DNA from: Balanoglossus misakiensis
Lineage: Eukaryota; Animalia; Hemichordata
Assembly (NCBI GenBank): GCA_040954595.2
Contig: CM082578.2
Span: 13,794,304 to 13,858,303 of the forward strand
Direction of reading: 5' to 3'
DNA: 64,000 nt
Of the stretch, positions 1-10,482 are shown in pieces. Within the stretch, counting starts at the first letter, position 1. Every line of letters begins with the position of its first letter. The position numbers and the translations under genes were made by a program. The notes beneath the pieces are model-generated. The model made no database searches. It was not told where the DNA came from and saw only the letters and a program-made list of their open reading frames with translations.

Positions 1-150
1 CTTATAGTTTGAGCTAGAGCAACTTTTACGCATTAAAATTGTGGAAATATGATTTTATCTGTACTATTTTGGGTTTCATTGGTATATACGGCCACTTACA
101 CATCACCATGTGGTACACTGTTAAGTTTCTAGTGTGGTTTGATTTCTCAC

Positions 151-333
151 CTGCAGTCTCTGCAAGATCCTCTCATCTTCTGCTACACTGTTGTGAATTG
201 CAATCACGACACCGTTGTATCCGTTGTCTTTCAACACGACGTTGGATCTCTCCCACGATGCATCGCTCACCTGGCCTATAATCGTGCACCAAAACACCAC
301 CGTCAACGCACTGAAGTAGAAACCGGTCATCAT
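151..333 (-). CDS. CLCA: Calcium-activated chloride channel regulator (CLCA) family protein, first coding exon; gene continues beyond the left edge
   Basis: Translates to MMTGFYFSALTVVFWCTIIGQVSDASWERSNVVLKDNGYNGVVIAIHNSVAEDERILQRLQ: a signal peptide followed by the CLCA N-terminal motif (L.NNGY..IV.AI...V.ED..LI..I). It ends at a phase-0 GTGAG donor (ctcac 146-150 on +), where I recall vertebrate CLCA1 coding exon 1 also ends. Confidence 0.85.
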
Positions 334-2732
334 TCGTCTCCTAGTGGATCACCGACACTGCAGAAAATAATTAGTCCGAGATCCCTTTGCGTTGCTAACA
401 CCGTCAGCGACCACCATCACTGATGAGATCGGATGGTCGATTTTGGATTATTAAAAGCAAACTTTTTGGCGCTAAATTAGGAGATACCATTCTCGCCACA
501 GGGGGGTCAGGGGGCCATTCATCTTTACTGGAGCCAGTCGAGGTCAACTGTTTGTTTTGCGATAATGGGAAAGGTAAAACATACTGTCCAGCTTATTCGA
601 TAGAGAATTATCTTTTGTGCCAGGCCGTTATCAAAGTGAACTGTACCATATGTTACCACCTTACTAATCGTTTCCAGAATGACATATTTAAATGTTCCAC
701 GCTGCTGTTCATGATGTCAATATTCTAACTGGTAGCCAGTCGTTGAGGCAGCGATGACACTCCGTTCATCATGATCTAAATCAAGACATATTTAACTATA
801 TTAACGTTAGAATTGAAACATATTCTTTTAGCTTGATTTTGAAATGGTAGTAATTTTGTTATCTTACGATTTTCATCGGTTTTCAGCTATATGCCTTCTC
901 ACAGCCCCGATTGCCCTAAACTGAAAGCTTTTTTTTTTTTTTTAACCACTTGGCTTTCCATGGAGTGTTGTTTGGGATGGATTTATACCTCGGCGACCAG
1001 ATATTCTTTAAATGTCCCGTTGAGGGCGCATTTCTTTGTAAGTCCCTGGTTGGATGACTGTATGCAGGTGCACATGTACACAGCTTTCCTGCATTCTATC
1101 ATTTCAACATGCAAATTTATTCATTAACTTCACCGCCATTGTATTCTTACAAATTCTTGGCAGGTGCATCAGCTTTACATACAAATTCAACCCTCTGGGT
1201 TTTTGCCACGTAATAGGTTTGGCACAATAAGACGGCAACCAACTTCAATTTATCATTATTTTTATTTCAAAGTTCAGTCCACAGTTAATGGAAATTGATT
1301 TTACAAATCTGAAAATCATAGATTTTTTCAGTTAATGCAACACTGACAATCTCCATGGAAGTTGTCATAGTTCTAAAAGATAGACCATTATCTACATGCA
1401 GGCCACAACCACAGACATCAATACACAAAATGTACTGGTAGTTTGTGAAGTTAGCTCCATGAAGCAAGTGACCCCTAATAACCTATGACCTTGTGGGGAT
1501 TTCCTCTGAGTGGGGTCAAAGGTAATAGGTTCATGTAAACCTGTCAGTTCTATGCATTCAGAAATAATCAAACTGGATATAGTTCTGATGACTATTCATC
1601 TATCTGTACATCTACACACTGAAGTTACATTTTAATACAATATATCTCAACCAAAACACACACAATAGAGTAAAGCTTGGCACAAATTTTATTATAAACA
1701 AATGGTCACATTTCTACCGAGTTCCATAACCATTTCACTGTATATGGGTTAATTTGTGCCGTTGCAAACAATGTGTTTGAACCAAACTGAGAGAACTGTA
1801 GGGTATATGAAATGGCTATAGGTGGTTAGCAAAGCTGCCATCGCAAAAATCAGTAAGAGAAATAATTGTCACAGACATTTGCTAAATGTATTCCTCTACA
1901 TTGTCTCCTATATACAGTCTTTTATGAAAATTTAAATTACAGTTACTTATAATAGAGATCCATCTGATAAAAGCAAAATATTTGGTAACTACAGGGGCCA
2001 AGTGCTTTTCTTCTATCCTGAATCACAGGCTCTAGCAATTTGTGGGATCACAGCCGTTACATGTACTCTTGGTCTGTAGTGTAGCCTGCCCTCTACAGTT
2101 GGGTGTCAAACTTGCCCAACGTAACCATAGCAATGTCGACTCTTCACAAGTTTGTGCTCTAGATAAAATGGATTTCACTGAATTTTATCGGTTGACTTCA
2201 AGACACCAAATGCTGCCACCACAAAATGTCCATTCCTCAGAAGACACGTATAATAAATGCATTTCACTTGAAATTGTCCTCTCATACCAAAATATGTCAT
2301 CGCTAAATACAGAAAATTACTGCTAAAAATACTTATTTCTGTTTGTGTGTTTTGCTATTTCAATACAAGGGACAATTACGCTGTAATATGATGAATGCAA
2401 ATGCTTGTTGGTACATGTTCAGCTCCCTTGGTTTTTATCAAATAGACATTTTGTTTGCAGCGTCAGATTGCATGTTAACATTCTTGATATCATCCTCTGG
2501 TCTTTCAACAAACATTGCACAGTGGTTAAGATATATACATACAAATGAAAGTGATAAAATATCCGACATTGCTGTAGTTACATTTAATGGCAAGGGTGTG
2601 CGCATACTCAAGCTACAAGTATCCCTCAAATTAATTCCGACATATAAACACCACATTTTTTCCTGGAAAACTTACACTGCATAAAAAGAGAGAGAGAAAG
2701 TGTTGACCATCTCACACCAGGGAAGTCTGTTG

Positions 2733-5451
2733 TCATTGCAGACCCAGAACCTTCTTGACTGTGTTCACTACATTGTGGTTCTGAGGCAACGCTGCTTGCT
2801 CTAGAGTGGCTGCATAAGGCATCGGCACATCAGCCCCTGTCACACGAACGGCCGGCGCATCCAAGTAGTCAAATGCCTCACCTAGTACAAAGCAATAAAA
2901 AAATTCAGTCAGTTTTCACAGGAGAACGGTTGATGTTGTCTTGAGAGCAACGGGACGGGATGCCGTCTTGAAGAACATAGTCAAATTTTCTAAAAATATT
3001 TTCTCCCATGTATCCATTCCTTTATGAAATGAAATGAGGGGCATGTGAAGAGAAACGACAACCCAATACTTACTTTCAAGAAGTTTGGCCATGATTTCAG
3101 AGCCTATACCACTCTGTGGCCATCCACCTTCAACTGTCACGAGATTATGCGTTTTCATCACTGATGTTTTGATGGCATCAAAATCCATCGGACGAATTGA
3201 GCGTAAATTGATCACCTACAGATCAAAAACGAAAAATTATTATATATGCAATCATATGCAAATGATTCATATTATCTGACAATATATCTGACAGTTTATT
3301 TAATCTTTTCAAAAGACTAACTTGCAAGCCGACTGTTTGCTGTGTGAATCATTGCTGAGTTCTCACCTCACAAGAGACACCAAGTTCTTCCAATTCTTCA
3401 GCCGCCTCCAGACATGTGCCTACGGGTTTACTATGAGCCACAAGAGTGACGTGGTCACCTTCCCGTTCAATCTTCGCTTTTCCTATTGGGATCACGAAGT
3501 CTGCCGACAGAACCTCATCTGACACTTCAAATGAATGGCCGTACATTAATTCGTTCTCGAGAACAACAACTGAAAGAAAGAGAGAAAAAAAAGTGTATAT
3601 TTTGTGACATATGATTGGAACATATGTGCAATATTCAGTTCTGACCAATATTGGTTTCATGGTGATGAATGTGCAATTGATTACCTGGGTTGGGGTCTCT
3701 TACTGCAGCTTTGAGAAGACCTCTTGCGTCTTCTGACGAGTAGGGACTGAGAACTTTTAATCCTGGACAGCTGCCATACCATGCCGCAAAACACTGAGAA
3801 TGCTGCGCAGCCACGCCAGCAGACGCACCATTTGGCCCTCTGAAGACAATAGGTACTGGTACCTGCATGTGTGTACGGCAAGACAATCAACGAGATTTCA
3901 TGGTAAATGTATGTGCCTGGCCACCAAAATGTTTTATGCAGTCCAAAGCAGGGTATTTTGGCAAGGGGAAACTGCTGTATGTTTATGGCAATGTCAGTGC
4001 TTTTAGAAATAGACAAACTTACACTACCAGCAGACATGTAGAGTGTTTTGGCTGCCGAGTTTACGACGTGGTCTATTGCTTGCATGGAAAAATTAAACGT
4101 CATGAATTCACAGATGGGTCTCATCCCTGCCTGCAAAGATGAAAGTACATTAAGAGAAAACAGAATATCAGTGATGAAGTTTGAAAGTAAAATTATTAGA
4201 CACAGATGTTTGGCCGGATTAACATGTAGGTCAAACATCACAGCTAACACATATTGAAATGCACGTGTCACTAACATGTTTTGACACTGTCACACATCAT
4301 TATAATATTCATTATGAGTTGAGCTCATTTAGTTCGAACACAGGTGTCCCCTCCCCCAATGATTTAAAATACAACTATGCAACATCCGCCACTATTTTTG
4401 TAAAAAAAAAAAGGCGTAAAAATGACTTTGCCCGAATAAACAAACCCAAAGCTAGCACAATATGGTGCCAGTGGTAATAAGTATTCCATATTTCATTAAC
4501 AGTAAAATTACTCACCATTGCTGCACCCACACTTATTCCAGCAAATCCCATTTCTGTGATAGGGGTATCAATAACTCTCTTGTCACCCCATTTCCTCCAC
4601 AGGCCCCTGGTTACTTTGTAGGCCCCATCATACATCGCAACTTCTTCTCCCATCAGGATTACTCTGTCGTCCCTCTCCAGTTCTTCATCGATTGCTGTAT
4701 TCAACGCGTCCCTGACGGTCATCTGTGGCAAAAAATGCGCACGCAAACCATGGACAGTTGAGCATGTTTGTGTGTAGCTGTGGTACGCAGCTGTACCGTT
4801 GGGGGGGGGGGGCGATTACCCAGGGACCCCCCCCCCCCCCCAACTGTACAGCTGCGTACCACAGCTAGTTTGTGTGCACAAACTGGACATGAGTTGCGAT
4901 CATTAGGAGGCTCATGGTGGAGAATGCGTGGTTTTGGAAGGCCAAAGACGCTCAGTTTCAGACTGACGACACCCCTTTGCAAGGTAGCTCTGCGTGGCAG
5001 GGCTGTCAAGGTAGGTCTGTCTCCAACATATCTAATGTCAAACACACTTATGGTTAGAGTTACGAGCGACCGACCCCTGCAGGAAAACTTAGTGATTGCT
5101 ATCAGGACGTGTTCTGTGTTTGATAGGAAGTGTGGAGTATAGAAGAGCGAAGACCAGTCTAGATGCAACACTGGATATACAATTGCACAAGGCCATTTAG
5201 TGGCCTACACATCTGCAGTGTTGCGCACAGAAACTGTACAGAGACAAGACTTACCATTTGTGCAGACACTGGAGCAGAAACACCGAAGTTTCTCCGTAAA
5301 AGGCCTCTTGAAAAAATCTGAAATTGTAAATTATTTTAATAAGTATCTGTCAATTTATAACAACAGAATTATGTTTTTCTTTGCGAAACCTGCAACAAAA
5401 TAATGCATTTCTCACCCCAGAGCAAACTCGAAGGTGCTTGAGCGCCGCCAT
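2733..5451 (-). CDS. PDHB: Pyruvate dehydrogenase E1 subunit beta, mitochondrial (361 aa, 8 coding exons)
   Basis: Exons (-): 5451-5416, 5317-5255, 4722-4516, 4130-4023, 3862-3685, 3569-3367, 3215-3074, 2881-2733. All GT-AG, phases consistent, 1086 nt total. Basic mitochondrial presequence [27 protein letters not shown]. Motifs [97 protein letters not shown]. Stop TGA at 2735-2733. Confidence 0.97.
4775..4867. mobile_element. 93-bp non-autonomous foldback DNA transposon (MITE) with 9-bp target-site duplication, in PDHB intron 2
   Basis: Left arm TAGCTGTGGTACGCAGCTGTACCGTT+G-run and right arm C-run+AACTGTACAGCTGCGTACCACAGCTA are reverse complements with 1 mismatch (~38 bp). Identical GTTTGTGTG flanks both sides (4766-4774 and 4868-4876). 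Confidence 0.88.
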
Positions 5452-5808
5452 ATTGATGATCGGACGATGACCTCTGCTATATTTCCCACAATGCAGAGTA
5501 AAGGTTATCTTACACGGCCGGGTATAAAGTTAGATGTCATTTATTGTAAAACTTGTAAATGAACGAATAACAGTTATCTAGATTATCAGCATTTCCGTGT
5601 ATATCATATATATTTGATATAGCTTGGAATAAAGTATAATTTTAAGAATTTACCCATTATTGCTTAAAACTATGAGATGGGGTGAGACTATAAATTTTGC
5701 TTCGCGGATAATACATCGATCGTTTGTCGTCCAACCAATCAAAGGCGAAGAACAATGACCGTCACGTGACCTGTCGCCATTTTGTTGCCGGCGAATCCAC
5801 GCTTACCG
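5452..5808. promoter_or_regulatory. Bidirectional promoter of PDHB (-) and SLC25A3 (+), including the non-coding first exon of SLC25A3
   Basis: Only ~330 bp separate the PDHB ATG (5451) and the likely SLC25A3 start region. Contains CCAAT 5735-5739, palindromic GTCACGTGAC (E-box/CLEAR type) 5761-5770 and YY1-type CGCCATTTT 5775-5783. GTAAGT donor at 5809; acceptor TTTCAG ends at 5922. Confidence 0.7.
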
Positions 5809-5941
5809 GTAAGTCACCGCACGTGAAAATTTTGCCTTTAATTCTAGGTCTATTTTCAGGATTTAATGTCACTGATCCATTCCTACTGTTTCAACATTAT
5901 CCGATTCATGCGCCTATTTCAGTAAATCACAGAAGGAAAAC

Positions 5942-8900
5942 ATGTTTTCATCATTATTGGAGACGGCGAAGACCAGCCCCTTCGTACGGCCATTTCAGGC
6001 AAAATGCGAAGGGAAGCCACAGACTTCAGAAATCTCTACAGAAATTCAACCGAGAACGATATCAGCGGCTGCCGTCGAAGAAGGAGGTTAGTATATATCG
6101 TGTACTGCCACATCTTGTTGCTAAATTTGGCCGTCGGTGAAGTCAGATCATGTTGTAAAATAGTTTCACCCGGCGATTTGATTCATGGTCATACACGTAG
6201 ACACGCGGCTAGCCTACGTGCGTGCCGACTCCGAACTTCATGACGTAAGTTTGACCTCCCGTGTTGAATTTTATTGGAAAGTAGGGTGACAGTCTTCCGC
6301 TCGCGGAGGGACTTCAAAACTCACCAATGGCTATTTTTCCAACTATCAAACGCTGCAAACGACTTCTGGAATTTTTGGAGGATTTCCAAAATACCCTGAT
6401 CTTAAAACAATAGAAATAATCACGATTGCATTAATTAAAAGAAATAAAAAGCACCATGATTGGGTCTGAATTGGAGAAATCACAAGGATCAGGAAATCCA
6501 GAGGTACTAGGTCAAAGGTACATGTACTTCTTGTTTCTGTCAAAGGTCATATGGTCTTGGGTGAACATAAAGCATATTGGGCAATACTCTTTAACTGGTC
6601 TTGGGTGAACACCTGTTATGTATGATTTGAAAGACATTTCCAATATTCTCAACATTTCACTCAACAGATAGCTGTGAATTTGGAAGTGGCAAATATTATG
6701 CCCTGTGCGGCTTCGGTGGAATTCTCAGTTGCGGAATCACGCACACTGCTGTTGTACCGTTGGATTTAGTCAAATGCAGAATACAGGTACGGTTGACAGA
6801 TTTATAAATATGAGGGGTGTTTCTCCAACTAAGATTTTGTTGAGAATGTGCAAATTGATCGGATTTTATTGGTTCTGGAAATAGGCCATTCAATAGTCGG
6901 CCAACACTGACGTTCTGTTCTATCCCTCCCTGATCCAGGTCGACCCAGCCAAGTATGGCAACATTATCAACGGGTTCCGTGTTAGCGTCAATGAAGAAGG
7001 TCTTCGTGCTCTCGGAAAAGGCTGGGCACCAACAGCCATTGGTTACTCCATGCAAGGACTTTGCAAGTTTGGGTTTTATGAAGTTTTCAAGATTCTGTAC
7101 AGTGGAATTATTGGAGAGGTAAGATGGGACTTTTGGCAACACTTGTTACCATAGTGATATATTAGTGATATCAAACAATCAGGAACAAAATCTGCAGAAC
7201 AGACCAAGCTGTAGAGCGTCGCACGCATGATACTGGCAAGTGTAAAACCACAGCTTGGTGACTGGCTACAAAACACCACGCCAAAAGCCATATTCAAAAT
7301 AACAGTTTAAGTCCACACAAATGTTCTATTTTACAATGTAGAATTGCAATTTAAGTCTAAATATGCTCCATTTTTTATCATGGGAATGTCTTTATTTCCC
7401 CAGGAAATGACCTACTCATGGCGTACATCGTTGTACTTGGCAGCCAGTGCTAGTGCAGAGTTCTTTGCTGACATTGCCTTGGCACCAATGGAAGCGTGCA
7501 AAGTCCGCATGCAGACACAGCCTGGCTGGGCCAGCACTCTGCGAGTTGCTTTCCCCAAATTGTATTCAGAGGAAGGCATTCGAGGGTAAGTGAACTAACT
7601 GGTTGCTCACCATCTGAGTGGTTCCCGCTGCCATTCTTTGTCAATGTTGAGACCTGGTCTACTTTCATGCAAAACTCATTGCTATGGTAATAAATCAAGT
7701 TTTGTGACATCTTGCAATGAGCGGAAAGTCATCTATTGGAGAATTGTCCCAGCCACCTCGTGGCAACGACTGAATCTTTCCTTTAATTCCACCACAGAAA
7801 CTGTTGCATCTGAAAGTACCGGTTCATTGTAACATGTTCTTATGTTGATCACTTGTGTAGATTCTACAAGGGTCTGCCACCACTGTGGCTGAGGCAGATT
7901 CCCTACACCATGATGAAGTTTGCCTGCTTTGAGAGGACAGTGGAGGCCCTGTACAAGTATGTGGTGCCCAAACCAAGAAGTGATTGCTCCAAGTCTGAGC
8001 AGCTGGTTGTCACCTTTGCTGCTGGTTACATTGGTAAGTGGAATTTACCTCAATCGGGAGAATCTCAGATGTGTGTTTTGTGAGGCCACAAAGAACAGTT
8101 TATCCTGTCATTTTCTTTTTCTAAAAAATGCTGTACCAACTCTCTGTGCATTTGTGGGTTTTGCTTGAAGGAATTTCTGTAACTGGTTGAAGAATCTTTG
8201 TTCCTCCAAAATTATTTATAACTTTTCTCCTATTTTACCAAGTCGTCTTTTTTCCACTGCCTGTGTGAATATTGGAAGTCGCTTTCCTAACCAGTTTTCT
8301 TCCAATTTCCTCTTCCACACTTCAGCTGGTGTATTCTGCGCAATTGTGTCGCATCCTGCTGACACCGTGGTGTCCAAGCTGAACCAGAAGCCGGGAAGTT
8401 CACCCGTACTTATCGCCAAAGAACTTGGAATGAAAGGTAGGGTTTGTTCATTGAATGCCTCCTGATCGTCTGTCCAGTCCCTCTACTTTGGGTTCAACCG
8501 CATTTTGTTCCTCAGTGGCGTGGTTGAGGAGCAACATAGAGTGGTTGTTGCCAACATCTGGAAATATCACAGGGACTTGGCGCTTTCCCGCTGCATGTTG
8601 TCGTCTGGAAATTCCTCGCAGCAATTGAATGTTGAATACACACTTCCTTAGATCCACTTCTGGGCTGGTCATGTGACCAGCCAGCAACACTGCCATGTTG
8701 TTTTGTCGGGAGTGCTTGAGTCATTGGTGTGTTAGAGCAATATGCCTCCGTTGTCAGCCGACAGCTACTCCCAAGACCAGACTTTGCTTTCTTATCACTG
8801 TTGCAGCTGACGGGCGTTCAGACCGTTGGCTGCCTTTGACATGTTTAGCTGGGTCGTTTTTTGTGCTTGTTGGGGTCTGGCTGGTGACGGGGACACGTAA

Positions 8901-9450
8901 CCGTGCAGTTTGCTTCAAATTTAAAAGATGGGTGTAGAGATTAGTGACATGAGTATTGTGCTCCAGCAATACACCCATTGCAGTTCTGGTGACCAGAAGA
9001 GTCTCCATCGTGTGTATATGCAACCCACAAACAGTTGCCAAAATAGTATTTCTTTGATGTGCCACTGTAGCAGTTTGGTGACTTCCATATGTGTAGTTGT
9101 GGACAGACTTTACAGAGAGTGGTACTTCGGGAGGAGTGGCATTTTTAAATACCACACTTCTGGTATACAGTACATGTATAGTGAAAATTGCACGTCTGGG
9201 AGATTCGCAACGGGCGTATTACATTGCCAGCACAAACCCTGATGTTTCATCCCAATTTTCCCTCCTTTTCTTTTTGATTGCAGGATTGTGGAAGGGTCTC
9301 TTCCCACGTATCGTCATGATTGGTACCTTGACCGCCCTTCAGTGGTTCATCTACGATTCAGTCAAGGTGTACTTCCGCCTGCCACGTCCACCACCACCAG
9401 AGATGCCCGAGAGCTTGAAGAGAAAGCTGGCAGAGAAAGCAGCGCAGTAA
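5942..9450 (+). CDS. SLC25A3: Mitochondrial phosphate carrier (358 aa, 7 coding exons)
   Basis: Exons: 5942-6086, 6668-6786, 6939-7118, 7404-7585, 7861-8033, 8326-8436, 9284-9450. All GT-AG, in frame, 1077 nt. Presequence [14 protein letters not shown]...AAAVEE. Motifs [120 protein letters not shown]. Confidence 0.97.
8637..8898 (+). ncRNA. SNORA53: SNORA53-like long H/ACA box snoRNA in the last intron of SLC25A3
   Basis: CTTCCTTAGATCCAC (~8643-8657) and GTGCTTGAGTCATTGG..TGT.AGAG.AATA (~8712-8742) match my recollection of vertebrate SNORA53, which is hosted by SLC25A3. 5' hairpin closed by ACACAC/GTGTGT; H box AGAGCA 8734-8739; 3' hairpin closed by CCGTTGTCAGCC/GGCTGGTGACGG; ACA 8893-8895 plus 3 nt. 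About 260 nt. Confidence 0.85.
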
Positions 9451-9987
9451 GCCAAGATAAGAGCTTGCAACATCAAGTTGCTTTGCAAGGATGTCCTGTA
9501 AAGGATGAGTTTGTCAAATAAAAAAAAGTTGAAAAAAAAAATTAACTGTATGCAGTGTATCAGAAATTTTTAACCATGTCCAAGCGGAAGAAAAGACAAG
9601 TTTGTAAAGTTGAATATTCACACAATTAGGGTTTTTTAGAAATACCAGAATGGTAAAAGTACATTAAAAATGTAAATAATTCCAGCTAACATGCCCACTA
9701 TACACAAAGTCCCGAAATTCAGTATTTTTTTTTCTTTTTCTACACTCAAATCGTGTGTCAACATCCATTTTAATTGTGTGGGATGACCAAAATTGGTGCT
9801 GAAACAATGAACTGAAACCTTCAAGGCAACTTGGTTGTAAAATGATATGAATACGACAGATTGGGTTAAGAAAAGTTCTTTCGTTTTTGGTGACACTGTG
9901 CAGCTAGCTGGACATCGGTTGGTGTATGAAAATTTCCCCGTTTGTGCATAGGACCTAAAATTATTGCTGTGTAAGTATTTATGACAC

Positions 9988-9993
9988 AATAAA
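9988..9993 (+). terminator. Candidate polyadenylation signal of SLC25A3
   Basis: AATAAA ~540 nt after the stop codon, followed by GT/T-rich sequence (TTGTGTG, TTTTATTTTTGTGTGTTG). Confidence 0.55.
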
Positions 9994-10384
9994 GTTACAA
10001 GTTTTAAGTGATTGTGTGCGGTCATGGTTTTATTTTTGTGTGTTGAAAGTCATGGGCAGAGCAGTGCAAATGTTTGAGACGACGAGTTGAACTGATCTTG
10101 GTGGGGGAGCTACTAGCGCCAAAGTGTTTCTGGAATAATCATTAGAGTACCCCGTTCTCTTCCCCAATGCGAAATGTATCGTACCAGCCACAGTCACTTG
10201 TTGACTAGACAGTCATGCCAGAGCTGGCTGGCTATGTCATACACATGTCTATGGTAGTGACTGTGGTACCACGTAAGGTGCCTTTGTGTATATTGTGGGG
10301 TTGTGGTCATGCTCATGCCCTTCCAAAACATCCTCCCTAAATACATTGACACATGAGACGATATGCAACTGTTATACAGTATGT

Positions 10385-10390
10385 TTTATT
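10385..10390 (-). terminator. Candidate polyadenylation signal of the resistin-like gene
   Basis: TTTATT on + (AATAAA on -), ~95 nt downstream of the TAA stop. Confidence 0.55.
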
Positions 10391-10482
10391 GCTCAGATTA
10401 AGCGATGGGAGTCCTCCCCTAGTCTAGAATGCAGACTTGCGTGTCCACCCCTATGTGACTAGCAGCAGATGTGGAGAAGACA

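Noticed and set aside
5052-5062. Telomerase-RNA-like template (TAACTCTAACC on -) in PDHB intron 2
   Set aside because: It does not match CTAACCCTAA, and no pseudoknot or H/ACA domain could be supported.
4719-5171. 150-aa and 124-aa ORFs with poly-Gly/poly-Pro on both strands
   Set aside because: Artefacts of the palindromic MITE G/C runs inside PDHB intron 2.
6087-6938. Mutually exclusive duplicate of the SLC25A3 'exon 3' (vertebrate A/B isoforms)
   Set aside because: Only one copy (6668-6786) is visible; no second exon with C..G...CG.GG..SCG.TH in either flanking intron.
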